Shown here: positions 10,358 to 18,916 of the stretch, in pieces
How positions within the stretch are numbered: the stretch's first letter is position 1
Layout: every line of letters begins with the position of its first letter
Source: Acidobacteriota bacterium
GTDB lineage: Bacteria > Acidobacteriota > Vicinamibacteria > Vicinamibacterales > 2-12-FULL-66-21
Length of the DNA stretch: 64,000 bases
Assembly (NCBI GenBank): GCA_046726015.1
Contig: JBKOZS010000085.1
Span: forward strand, 9,953-73,952
Direction of reading: 5' to 3'
The notes under the pieces: generated by a model
Databases searched by the model: none
What the model was told of the DNA's origin: nothing
What the model saw: only the letters and a program-made list of their open reading frames with translations
Position numbers and translations under genes: made by a program

Positions 10358-11281
10358 ATGAACGCGCAGCGTACCCTTCGCCGACCTGTATCCTGCACTG
10401 GAATCGGGCTTCATTCCGGAAACAAGGTCACGTTGTCACTCAAGCCCGCGCCGGCTGATTACGGCATCCGTTTTCAGCGGGCGGATCTCGGGGGCCTGGA
10501 AATCCCGGCCACCGTCACGCATCTTGGCGGGATTCGGCTCGCAACAGGCCTGACCCGCGAAGCCGTCTCGGTCGAGACCGTCGAGCACCTGCTTGCCGCG
10601 CTCACCGCGCTGGGCATCGATAACTGCATCGTCGAGTTGAACACGCCGGAAGTACCAATCATGGACGGCAGCGCGGCGCCGTTTGTGTACCTGGTGTTGA
10701 ACGAGGCGGGCGTCAAGCGTTTGCAGTTGCCGAAGAAGTACCTGAAGGTGCTCCGGCCGATCTCGCTGAGCCAGGGGGACAAGCGGATCGCGCTCTATCC
10801 CTCGGATCACTTCAAGGTCACTTACAGCATCAGCTTCGACCATCCGCTAATCCGCCATCAGTCGCGGACGATGCGGATCGACGAGGAAACGTTCGTCGAG
10901 GAGATCGCGCCGGCGCGCACGTTCGGTTTCCTGAAGGAAGTCGAGATGCTCCGGCAGCGTGGCCTCGCGCTCGGCGGCTCACTCGATAACGCGATCGTGC
11001 TCGGCGAAACGGGCGTGCTGAACAACGCGCTCCGGTTCGAGGACGAGTTCGTCCGCCACAAGATTCTCGACGCGATTGGCGACCTCTCGCTCGTCGGCTA
11101 CCCGGTGATCGGGCACCTCGTCGCGCACAGGGCGGGTCACGCGCTGCACACGGCGTTCGCGTCGCGGATTCTCGAGGAGGCGGATGCGTGGCGGATCGTT
11201 GAATCGTCGGTCGACGCGACCATCGCGGGTATGCCGGTCAGGACGCCGGCGGTCAAGGCCGAAGCGCGACTCGCGAACTGA
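10358..11281 (+). CDS. lpxC: UDP-3-O-acyl-N-acetylglucosamine deacetylase
   Basis: 'GIGLHSGNKV', 'TVEHLLAAL', 'HKILDAIGDL', 'AHRAGHALH'. Confidence 0.95.
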   Translation: MNAQRTLRRPVSCTGIGLHSGNKVTLSLKPAPADYGIRFQRADLGGLEIPATVTHLGGIRLATGLTREAVSVETVEHLLAALTALGIDNCIVELNTPEVPIMDGSAAPFVYLVLNEAGVKRLQLPKKYLKVLRPISLSQGDKRIALYPSDHFKVTYSISFDHPLIRHQSRTMRIDEETFVEEIAPARTFGFLKEVEMLRQRGLALGGSLDNAIVLGETGVLNNALRFEDEFVRHKILDAIGDLSLVGYPVIGHLVAHRAGHALHTAFASRILEEADAWRIVESSVDATIAGMPVRTPAVKAEARLAN

Positions 11282-11284
11282 AAC

Positions 11285-11355
11285 GGCTCAGGGCTCAGGG
11301 CGTTTTATGACCCTGGGCCTTTTCTCGTCTTACGCCCTGAGCCAGCCATGAGCCC
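11285..11355. repeat. heptad-periodic hairpin repeat (GGCTCAG family) between convergent lpxC and the radical-SAM gene
   Basis: ggctcag ggctcag ggcg ... cgccctgagccagccatgagcc. There is a 10-bp perfect stem, gctcagggcg/cgccctgagc. Confidence 0.75.
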
Positions 11356-11373
11356 TAAGTCCCAAGCCATTCA

Positions 11374-12744
11374 CTATCGAACCACCAGCGGCGCTGACGT
11401 CGTCGGCGAACCGCACGCCTCGAACCAGTCGATCCCTTCGCTCACCAGGTCGAACTTCAACATGTAGCGTCCCGGCTGCTCGGGTGCCTTGACGGTCACC
11501 GGAATTGTGGCCGTCTCACCGGGCGGCAGTGCCGCGGGAAGCCACGCGCGCTCGTAGTCGCGATTGACGAGCGTGCCATCCTCCGCGCACAACTGAGCGC
11601 CGAGACGGACGAGGCGACGGCCGTAAGTGGCCTGCGCGGGGAACGCGCGGGTCGACAGGTTCGTTACGCGCGTCGTGACTTCGATCGGCTGCCCCGGCCT
11701 GGCCTTGAGCGGGCGTTTGATCAGCTGTTCAAGCCACGATCGCCGGACGTCGATCTGCGCGCGCGGCGTTGCGCCGGCAATCGCATTCCCGAGGTTGTTC
11801 GAATCCCAGATCTCGTGACGGATGGCCTCGTGGTCAGGCGTGCCCGGCAGGAAGCGCCGCGAGAACATGTTCTCGGGATGATCGGTGATCTCCCAGCACA
11901 GCCTGTCGACGCCAATCTCCGCGGCCGTCGTGCGCGCTCGCTGCATCTCCTCGTCGCTGTCGTTGTGCGAAAACAGGATGTAGCGCCAGTTGACGAATGG
12001 CACGTCGAGACCCTTGGCCCGCTTTTCATCGACGAGGGCTGAAAGGTTTCTCATCGCCTTCGCGAAATCGCCCCGCTTGCGGTACGTGGCGTACGTTTCC
12101 TGTGACGCTCCGTCGATCGAGAACGTCACCTCGTCGATGCCCGAGCGTGCAAGACGGCGCGCCTGCTCCTCCGAGAACGCGAGACCGTTGGTGCTGGTGT
12201 AAAGGTACACGTGCGGAAAGCGCGCCTTGATGTACTCGCACATCTCGATCGCGCGCTTGTGGAGGAACGTTTCGCCGTAGTTGAAGAAATCGATTCGTAC
12301 GAGTGACGGGGCGGCCTCGTCGACCACGCGCGTAAAAAGATCGAAGTCGAGCATGCCGGCCTTGCGCGTCCGCGTGATGCCGGTTTCCGGCGCGCAGCAC
12401 GCCTGGTCGCACGAAATGTTGCAGGCCGCGGTGCATTCGATATAGAGCCGCGACGGCAGCGGTGCGACGTCCAGCCCGCGTTGAGGTGGTGCCTCACCCT
12501 TGAGCGGCAGCTTCAGCGGGCAGTCGCCGCAGAATTTCGATCCGCCAGCGTTCAGATCGCGGCGAAGAGACGTCGCGGTGTCGCCGGTCCACACGTCAGA
12601 GACGCTCGCCGTGCGGACGTCGCCGAGCACACGCTTACCGTACGGATCAGCGCAGCCGCAGACGAGGCGTCCGTCGCAGAGGAGCACCATCGTGCTCCAG
12701 GGCCATGAACAGGTAAACCGGGTCGCGAGGTAGTTGAGTGACAA
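11374..12744 (-). CDS. radical-SAM-like enzyme with N-terminal Cys-rich (SPASM-like) module and C-terminal Ig-like domain
   Basis: 'ECTAACNISCDQACC' Cys cluster followed by a TIM-barrel-like core ('FFNYGETFLH', 'TSTNG', 'VTFSIDG'). N-terminus 'CDGRLVCGCADPYG...FCGDCPLK'. Confidence 0.7.
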   Translation of the reverse strand: MSLNYLATRFTCSWPWSTMVLLCDGRLVCGCADPYGKRVLGDVRTASVSDVWTGDTATSLRRDLNAGGSKFCGDCPLKLPLKGEAPPQRGLDVAPLPSRLYIECTAACNISCDQACCAPETGITRTRKAGMLDFDLFTRVVDEAAPSLVRIDFFNYGETFLHKRAIEMCEYIKARFPHVYLYTSTNGLAFSEEQARRLARSGIDEVTFSIDGASQETYATYRKRGDFAKAMRNLSALVDEKRAKGLDVPFVNWRYILFSHNDSDEEMQRARTTAAEIGVDRLCWEITDHPENMFSRRFLPGTPDHEAIRHEIWDSNNLGNAIAGATPRAQIDVRRSWLEQLIKRPLKARPGQPIEVTTRVTNLSTRAFPAQATYGRRLVRLGAQLCAEDGTLVNRDYERAWLPAALPPGETATIPVTVKAPEQPGRYMLKFDLVSEGIDWFEACGSPTTSAPLVVR

Positions 12745-12748
12745 GAAT

Positions 12749-12819
12749 GGCTCAGGACTCAGGGCTCACGGCTCATGGCGTCTCAAGGCCAAGTAATCAG
12801 CCTTGCGTCATGAGTCATC
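12749..12819. repeat. heptad-periodic hairpin repeat (GGCTCAG family)
   Basis: ggctcag gactcag ggctcac ggctcat ggcg ... gccttgcgtcatgagtcatc. Confidence 0.7.
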
Positions 12820-12828
12820 AGCACGAGT

Positions 12829-13095
12829 TTACTTCTGCGTCAGTTTCTTCAGGTATCCCCCAAGCCGCTCGTTCTCGTACGACACGGTATTGAGGAACAG
12901 GCTCTCGGAGAGATACGCGCGTCGTTCGTCGTCGGTCATCTGCTCGATGACGTGCTGGATCTCGCGGGCCATGTCTTCGAAAGTCGACTGGAGCTCGTTC
13001 CTCAGGGAGATCTCTTTGTAGAGCGTCTCGAGGATCGTCAGCAGATCGCCATCGAGTGGGAGCGCGGCGCCTGTCGTCAGCTTGATGGTGCGCAT
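12829..13095 (-). CDS. hypothetical small acidic protein (88 aa), last gene of the sigma/STAS operon
   Basis: ATG lies 1 nt after the STAS stop. Helical, Glu/Leu-rich composition unlike GC-shadow ORFs. No motif recognised. Confidence 0.5.
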   Translation of the reverse strand: MRTIKLTTGAALPLDGDLLTILETLYKEISLRNELQSTFEDMAREIQHVIEQMTDDERRAYLSESLFLNTVSYENERLGGYLKKLTQK

Positions 13096-13096
13096 C

Positions 13097-13438
13097 TCAG
13101 GCTCCGAAACTCTTGACGGCGCTTGGCTCGTCGGGATGCACTTCGATGAAGTTCTGCGCGCCGGTCATGGTCAGCATCGTCTCGACGCGCTTCTGCACAC
13201 CGGCCAGCTTCAACGCGCCGCCGGCGGCGCTCGCCTGGCGGTACAGATCCATGAGGCAGCCGATGGTCGCGCTGTCGACGTAGCCGACCGACGACAGGTC
13301 GACGACGACGCGGCGTTCGCCGGCGGCAATCAGCTTCTGCACCGCCGCCGAGAACTCCGACAGCAGCGGGTACATCAGTCGCGATTCGCCGACCCGCACG
13401 ACCGCGATGCCGTTGGCGTGTTCGGTGGTGATGTTCAT
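13097..13438 (-). CDS. STAS-domain anti-sigma-factor antagonist (SpoIIAA/RsbV-like)
   Basis: 'VVDLSSVGYVDSATIGCL' (conserved phospho-Ser region) and 'LKLAGVQKRVETMLTMTG'. ATGA overlap with the upstream sigma gene. Confidence 0.8.
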   Translation of the reverse strand: MNITTEHANGIAVVRVGESRLMYPLLSEFSAAVQKLIAAGERRVVVDLSSVGYVDSATIGCLMDLYRQASAAGGALKLAGVQKRVETMLTMTGAQNFIEVHPDEPSAVKSFGA

Positions 13439-14073
13439 TCAATTACTCCGCTACGCCGGGCGCCGCCGCGCCGGCGCGGCTGAACCGGCTGTTTATCCTG
13501 AAGCCGCTTGATCTGGTGCGCCAGCTCGATGCGGCCTCGGTTGATCCGGGATTTCACCGTGCCTTCCGGAAGATTCAAACGGTCCGCGATCTCCTGGTAC
13601 GACAGTTCCTGCAGGTCGCGCAACACGACGGCGGTGCGCAGCGTGGAGGGCAGCGCCTCGAGCGCCTGCCGCAGCATGGCCCGCAGGTCCTGGTGTTCGG
13701 CGATCGCCTGCGGGCTGCGTTCGGCCGATGCGGGCTGCAGGTCGCCGGCATCGACGTCACGCGCGATCGTCTGCCGTTCCTTGCGCACGCTGCGGTAGTG
13801 ATCGATGCACAGGTTGCGGCTGATGCTGATGATCCACGTCTGGAAGTTCGCGCGGCGATCGAAGGTCCTCAAGGCCTTGAAGATCTTCAGGAAGATGTCC
13901 TGCGTGAGATCCTCGGCCTCGTCGTGCTTGCCGACGAACTTGTAGGCGACGTTGAAGACCTTCCGCCAGTTCTGGCGGACGATGATGTCCCAGGCTGCCT
14001 GATCGCCGCTGAGGCACTGTTCGATGAGGCTGTCGGGAGTCGCGGGCTGCGCCGCCGCTGAATCGGCAGACAT
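13435..14073 (-). CDS. ECF-type RNA polymerase sigma-70 family factor
   Basis: Region 2 'AEDLTQDIFLKIFKAL...FQTWIISISRNLCIDHYR'. Region 4 'ELSYQEIADRLNLPEGTVKSRINRGR'. Confidence 0.85.
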   Translation of the reverse strand: MSADSAAAQPATPDSLIEQCLSGDQAAWDIIVRQNWRKVFNVAYKFVGKHDEAEDLTQDIFLKIFKALRTFDRRANFQTWIISISRNLCIDHYRSVRKERQTIARDVDAGDLQPASAERSPQAIAEHQDLRAMLRQALEALPSTLRTAVVLRDLQELSYQEIADRLNLPEGTVKSRINRGRIELAHQIKRLQDKQPVQPRRRGGARRSGVIE

Positions 14074-14095
14074 GCGTGTTTATCTGATATCTTAC

Positions 14096-15358
14096 ATGCT
14101 TTGTACTCTAATTGAAGTGACAGGATTCTTCCGCCAGGGGGCCGCGCTCGTCTGCGACGGCGTGCCGCTCGCCGACCTCGCCACCGCTCACGGGACCCCG
14201 CTGTACGTCTACAGCGCCGCGACGATTGCGTCGCGGTATCGTGCCATCGACCAGGCGTTCGCCGATTACCCCCACGCGATTCACTACGCGCTCAAGGCGA
14301 ACTCGACGTTAGCGATCGCGCGGCTGCTGCGCAGCCTCGGCAGCAATGCGGACGCGAACTCCGGCGGCGAAATCGACGTCGCGCTGCGCGCAGGGTTCAT
14401 CCCGCCGCAAATCGTGTTCACCGGCGTCGGTAAGACGTCGGCGGAGCTCGCACAAGCGATCGACCTCGGCGTCCGGACCATCAACGCGGAGTCCGCGGGC
14501 GAGATCGAGCGCATCGACGCGATTGCACGCGAGCGCGACACGCGCGTCAAGATCGCGCTGCGCGTGAACCCGGACATCGACGCGAGGAGCCACCCGCACA
14601 TTTCGACAGGGCTCAAGACGAACAAGTTCGGCATCGCGCTGTCGGACGTGAAGGAGGTATGCGCACGCGTCCGCACGATGGCGGGAGTCGAGATCGTCGG
14701 ACTGCACAGCCACCTCGGCTCGCAGATCACCGACCTCGAGCCGCTGCGCCGAGCGGCCGCGGCGCTGGTGGAGCTCGCAAGAGAGTTGCGGGGCGCGGGC
14801 ACCACGATCGAGCATCTCGACCTCGGTGGCGGCCTCGGGATTTCGTACGATGGATCGCCTGTACCGGACGCGACCGAGTACGCCAACGCGCTGTTGCCCG
14901 TGGTGCGCGAAACCGGTGTCTCGATCATTCTCGAACCGGGACGCCATATCGTCGCGCCCGCCGGCGCGCTGCTGATGCGCGTCATCGACGTCAAGCAACA
15001 GCCGGGAGGCACGCTGTTCGCGATCATGGACGCGGGCATGACGGAGTTGATCCGGCCCATCCTCTACAACGCGTTCCATCGCATCGAACCCGTCATTAGA
15101 ACCAACGCACCGGAGGTCGCGTGCGACATTGTCGGGCCGTTGTGCGAAAGCAGCGACACGCTTGGGAAGGACCGGATGGTGCCGCACCCCGAGGTCGACG
15201 AGCTCTACGCGGTGCTCGACGCAGGCGCGTATGGATCGGTGATGGCCTCCACCTACAATCGGCGGCTGCTGCCCGCCGAAGTCCTCGTCGAGAACGGCAC
15301 GGCGACGGTGATCAAGCGCCGTCAGACGATCGACGAGCTGCTGGCACTCGAAGCATGA
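14096..15358 (+). CDS. lysA: diaminopimelate decarboxylase
   Basis: 'GTPLYVYS', 'YALKANS', 'HSHLGSQI', 'GGGLGISY', 'CESSD'. The start is uncertain: ATG 14096 or GTG 14117. The listed 14024 start overlaps the divergent sigma gene. Confidence 0.9.
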   Translation: MLCTLIEVTGFFRQGAALVCDGVPLADLATAHGTPLYVYSAATIASRYRAIDQAFADYPHAIHYALKANSTLAIARLLRSLGSNADANSGGEIDVALRAGFIPPQIVFTGVGKTSAELAQAIDLGVRTINAESAGEIERIDAIARERDTRVKIALRVNPDIDARSHPHISTGLKTNKFGIALSDVKEVCARVRTMAGVEIVGLHSHLGSQITDLEPLRRAAAALVELARELRGAGTTIEHLDLGGGLGISYDGSPVPDATEYANALLPVVRETGVSIILEPGRHIVAPAGALLMRVIDVKQQPGGTLFAIMDAGMTELIRPILYNAFHRIEPVIRTNAPEVACDIVGPLCESSDTLGKDRMVPHPEVDELYAVLDAGAYGSVMASTYNRRLLPAEVLVENGTATVIKRRQTIDELLALEA

Positions 15359-15383
15359 GGGCAAAGTGAGACGTCCGACGAAT

Positions 15384-15495
15384 CATCACGAAGTTCACGA
15401 AGGTACGAAGGTCACGAAGGCCGTAACGATCACACAATCAAAAACGGGTTCGTTAGTTTCTTCGTGGTCTTCGTGTTTTCGTGGCCTTCGTGACG
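15384..15495. repeat. long imperfect hairpin built from 8-9-nt tandem units (TCACGAAGG x4 / CTTCGTG x4)
   Basis: atcacgaag ttcacgaag gtacgaag gtcacgaaggcc - 34-nt AT-richer loop - tttcttcgtg gtcttcgtg ttttcgtg gccttcgtgacg. Confidence 0.75.
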
Positions 15496-15523
15496 GGATC
15501 GTGGTACGGGCTGTCAGAGGCGT

Positions 15524-16117
15524 ATGCGCGGCCTATTGATCGCCTTCGAGGGCTTGGACCAGTCGGGCAAGCAGACCCAGGCCGAACGGCTGCAGGTGGC
15601 GATCGAAGCACGCGGCGAGAACTGCCGTCTGCTGTCGTTTCCCGCCTACGACACCGCGATTGGCGAAGAGATTCACCGCGCGCTGCACGGCACCCGCGAT
15701 TACGGGCCGGACGTGATGCAGCTGCTCTACGTGGCCAATCGTTACGAGCACAAACCGCAGATCGAGCAGCGGCTTGCCGCGGGAACGACGATCGTCTGCG
15801 ACCGCTACGTTGCCTCGAGCATCGCGTACGGCGAAGCCCACGGGCTGGATCCGCAGTGGCTCGGGGAGATTCAGCGGTTTCTCCCGGTCGCGGATCTGAC
15901 GGTCCTGCTCGATATCGCGCCCGAAACGGCAGCCCAGCGCAAGGCCGCGAACCGGGACAAGTACGAACGGGACCTGGCGCTCCTCTCGCGCGTGCGCGAG
16001 AGCTATCGCCGGCAGGCACAGCAAGCCGGATGGGTTCGGCTCGACGGCACACGCCCGAAGGAGGCCGTGGCCGCCGACGTCCTCACGGCGTTCGAGTCAC
16101 GGCTCGCGCGACGATGA
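15524..16117 (+). CDS. tmk: dTMP (thymidylate) kinase
   Basis: 'LIAFEGLDQSGKQTQ' P-loop, 'DRYVASSIAY', and a lid region. Confidence 0.9.
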   Translation: MRGLLIAFEGLDQSGKQTQAERLQVAIEARGENCRLLSFPAYDTAIGEEIHRALHGTRDYGPDVMQLLYVANRYEHKPQIEQRLAAGTTIVCDRYVASSIAYGEAHGLDPQWLGEIQRFLPVADLTVLLDIAPETAAQRKAANRDKYERDLALLSRVRESYRRQAQQAGWVRLDGTRPKEAVAADVLTAFESRLARR

Positions 16118-16835
16118 GCGCGCGCACTTCGCGCGCTCCTGCGGCCAGCAGCACGGCGGCACATGCGTTGAGCGTCGCGCCCGTCGTGCTGACGTCATCC
16201 ACCAGCGCCACCGTCATTCCTGCGATCGCCGCCTGACGCGCCGGCGCGAATGCGCCGCGCACGTTCGCGTGACGGCGAGATGCGGGCAGATCGGCCTGCG
16301 AGGGCGTGCGGCGCGACCGCCGAAGCGTGTGCTGCATTGGCACGCCGAGATGCCGCGCGAGCTCGGCGGCCTGGTTGAACCCGCGCTGACGCCGGCGTGA
16401 TGGGTGCAGTGGAACGGGGACAATCACGTCGGCGCCCGCGAGCACCTCTTCGCCACACTCGCGGAGGCGCCTGGCGAGCGGACGTGCGACCGACACACGC
16501 GCGCCGTATTTCAAGGCGTGCACGATCGCGCGCAGCGACCCTTCGTATTTTCCGACCGCGCGAGCGAGTGTGATGAGCGGTGGCTTGCGGCGGCACCTCG
16601 GGCAGGTCGACTCGGCGACGCTGATGACGCGCCACGATGCCAGCGGATCACCGCAGGTGCGGCAGCAGGGTGGCGTGATCGGGACGATCGCGTCCCAGCA
16701 GCGCCTGCACACTGGGCCACGGGACGGTTCGTCGAGCGGCTCATGGCACGCCGCGCACGCCGGCGCGAGGAGAATCGCGAGGGCGCCATCCGCGAGGGAC
16801 CTCAGCGCAGACCGTAACGGTGCCGCTTCTCCCAT
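16083..16835 (-). CDS. ComF-family phosphoribosyltransferase-domain protein
   Basis: N-terminal Zn-ribbon Cys pairs ('CAACHEPL...CRRCW', 'CRTCG...CPRC'). PRTase motif 'VALVDDVSTTGATL'. Confidence 0.8.
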   Translation of the reverse strand: MGEAAPLRSALRSLADGALAILLAPACAACHEPLDEPSRGPVCRRCWDAIVPITPPCCRTCGDPLASWRVISVAESTCPRCRRKPPLITLARAVGKYEGSLRAIVHALKYGARVSVARPLARRLRECGEEVLAGADVIVPVPLHPSRRRQRGFNQAAELARHLGVPMQHTLRRSRRTPSQADLPASRRHANVRGAFAPARQAAIAGMTVALVDDVSTTGATLNACAAVLLAAGAREVRALIVARAVTRTP

Positions 16836-17746
16836 AACGCCTTCCGGCTGATGCCCAGGATCTTTGCCGCGTCTCCCTGGTTGTCCTTCACCTGCCGCAG
16901 CACGATCTCGATATAGCGGCGTTCCAGCTCCGCCAGCGTCGGTCGTCGCGAGGCATCAGGTTCGAAGAGCCGCGATGGGTCGTCGAAGAGTTCCAGTGGA
17001 AGGTCGGCCGCTCCGATCGTCGTGCGATCGGCATCGAGCGTCAGGACGGCACGTTCGATCACGTGACGCAACTCACGCACGTTGCCGGGCCACGGGTGGC
17101 GTTCCAGCGCCGACTCCGCCTCGCCCGAGAGCCGCAGCGTCCGTCGTCCCTGCCGTGCAGCCCCGTCGCGCAGGAACGCGCGTGCAAGCGGAACGATGTC
17201 GGTGCGGCGTTCGCGAAGCGGCGGCAGCCGCAGCGGAAGCACCCGCAGCCGGTGGTAGAGATCTTCGCGGAACTCCCCGTTGCGTACGCGCGATTCGAGG
17301 CCGGCGCCGGCAGACGCAATCACTCGAGCCTGCAGCGCGAACGAGCTTGTTGCGCCCAACCGCTCGGCGCGCTTCTCTTCCACCAGTCGCAGCAGCTTGG
17401 CCTGGCTATCGATCGACAGTTCGGTCACGCCGTCGAGGTACACGGTGCCGCGCCCGGCGGCTTCGAACCGGCCAGCGCGAGCGATCGTGGCATCGGTGAA
17501 AGCGCCGCGCTCGTGCCCGAACAACTCCGCCTCCACCAGATTCTGTGGAAGGCTCGGGCAGTCGATCTTGATGAAAGGATGCGGGCGGCGCGGACCCGCC
17601 GCGTGAATCGCCATCGCCACGGCGTCCTTGCCAACACCGGTTTCTCCCGTGATGAGGACCGTGGCGTCCGCCTGCGCGATCCGGCGGACCTGCTCGAGGA
17701 TCTCCCGCATGGCGGGGCTGCGCGCGACGAGCCCCGCGCGGCTCAC
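16802..17746 (-). CDS. sigma-54 enhancer-binding-protein-like regulator (AAA+ plus Fis-type HTH) with no receiver/sensor domain and degenerate motifs
   Basis: 'GETGVGKD', 'ELFGHERGAFTDA', 'WPGNVRELRHVIERA', HTH 'AAKILGISRKALWEKRHRYG'. The GTG at 17746 forms a GTGA overlap with the rsfS stop. The listed longer ORF overlaps rsfS. Confidence 0.75.
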   Translation of the reverse strand: MSRAGLVARSPAMREILEQVRRIAQADATVLITGETGVGKDAVAMAIHAAGPRRPHPFIKIDCPSLPQNLVEAELFGHERGAFTDATIARAGRFEAAGRGTVYLDGVTELSIDSQAKLLRLVEEKRAERLGATSSFALQARVIASAGAGLESRVRNGEFREDLYHRLRVLPLRLPPLRERRTDIVPLARAFLRDGAARQGRRTLRLSGEAESALERHPWPGNVRELRHVIERAVLTLDADRTTIGAADLPLELFDDPSRLFEPDASRRPTLAELERRYIEIVLRQVKDNQGDAAKILGISRKALWEKRHRYGLR

Positions 17747-18219
17747 GGCCGTGCGGCCCCTCCGCTCTCGGCTTTCGGTTCGTCGGAGATGTCGATCCGT
17801 TCCGCGTCTCCCCAGAGCCGCTCGAGCGAATAGAACGCGCGTGTCTGCGGCGTGAAGATGTGCACGATGAACGTGAAGTAATCCATCAGGATCCATTCCG
17901 CGCGATCGTAGCCCTCGATATGCGCCGGCCGGATCTTCGCCGCCTTCAGCGTTTCTTCGACCGCGTCCGCAATGGCGTGCACCTGCCGCGCGTTCTGTCC
18001 CGAGCACAGGAGAAAGAAATCAGTGAAGGCGGGCGTATGCCGCAGATCGAGAACGACGACGTCGCTCGCCTTCTTGTCGAGCGCCGCGCGCACGGCCCTG
18101 GCGACATCGCCGGTGAGCCTGCCGTGAGCCTTGTCGCCCTTCGTCTGCGCTCGAGGTGACTTTGTCGAACTGCCCGTTTTCTTCACCGTGGTGGTGCGGC
18201 GCTTTTCAGTTTTGGCCAT
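17743..18219 (-). CDS. rsfS: ribosome silencing factor
   Basis: 'DFFLLCSGQNARQVHAIADAV...EGYDRAEWILMDYFTFIVHIF'. Confidence 0.85.
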   Translation of the reverse strand: MAKTEKRRTTTVKKTGSSTKSPRAQTKGDKAHGRLTGDVARAVRAALDKKASDVVVLDLRHTPAFTDFFLLCSGQNARQVHAIADAVEETLKAAKIRPAHIEGYDRAEWILMDYFTFIVHIFTPQTRAFYSLERLWGDAERIDISDEPKAESGGAARP

Positions 18220-18916
18220 GCAACTGATCTGCCGTTCTCAAGTCGGCATCGGCGCGAACGGCCGCGCGATAGAGCTGGTGCTGTTGAATATGGCGTTCCA
18301 CGGCCGGCGGGACGAGGCCCGTAACGGATTCGCCGCGCCGCAGCCGCTCACGAATCATCGTGGACGACACATCAGGCGTCGGGGTTTCCAGCAGAAAAAT
18401 CGACGGAATGCGATCTGCCGCGGCATCCGCGCGCGGCGATTCGCTAGCAAGACGGATGCGTCCCGACAAGGCCGGCAGTCGCCGACGCATTTCGTCCATC
18501 AGGTGCCCGGGTCGCGAGACGACGACGAAGTGCGCGAGGTCGAGCACCTCGGGGTATCGGTGCCATGTGGCGATTTCCGCAAACGCGTCGGCGCCCGTGA
18601 TGAAGAAGATTTGCGATCTGGCGAGACCGCTCGCGTGCAGACGATCCAGCGTGTCGGCCGTGTACGACGGCCCGGACACGCACAGTTCCGCATCGCTCGC
18701 CACCAGTCCTGCCACGCCGTTGACCGCGAGTGCCGTCATGGCAAAACGATGGAACGGAGATGCGACCGGCTGCACCGGCCGGTGCGGCGGGACCCGCGAG
18801 GGAAGAATAAGCACCTCGGTGAGCTGCAGTGCGCCGCGCACGGCCGTTGCCGCTTCGAGGTGTCCGCAGTGAATCGGATCCAGCGTGCCGCCCAGGATGC
18901 CGATTCGTGCGCTCAC
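18206..18916 (-). CDS. nadD: nicotinate-nucleotide adenylyltransferase
   Basis: 'GILGGTLDPIHCGHL' (GxFxPxHxGH-type). The GTG at 18916 forms a GTGA overlap with the obg stop. The longer listed ORF reads through the heptamer array. Confidence 0.85.
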   Translation of the reverse strand: MSARIGILGGTLDPIHCGHLEAATAVRGALQLTEVLILPSRVPPHRPVQPVASPFHRFAMTALAVNGVAGLVASDAELCVSGPSYTADTLDRLHASGLARSQIFFITGADAFAEIATWHRYPEVLDLAHFVVVSRPGHLMDEMRRRLPALSGRIRLASESPRADAAADRIPSIFLLETPTPDVSSTMIRERLRRGESVTGLVPPAVERHIQQHQLYRAAVRADADLRTADQLHGQN

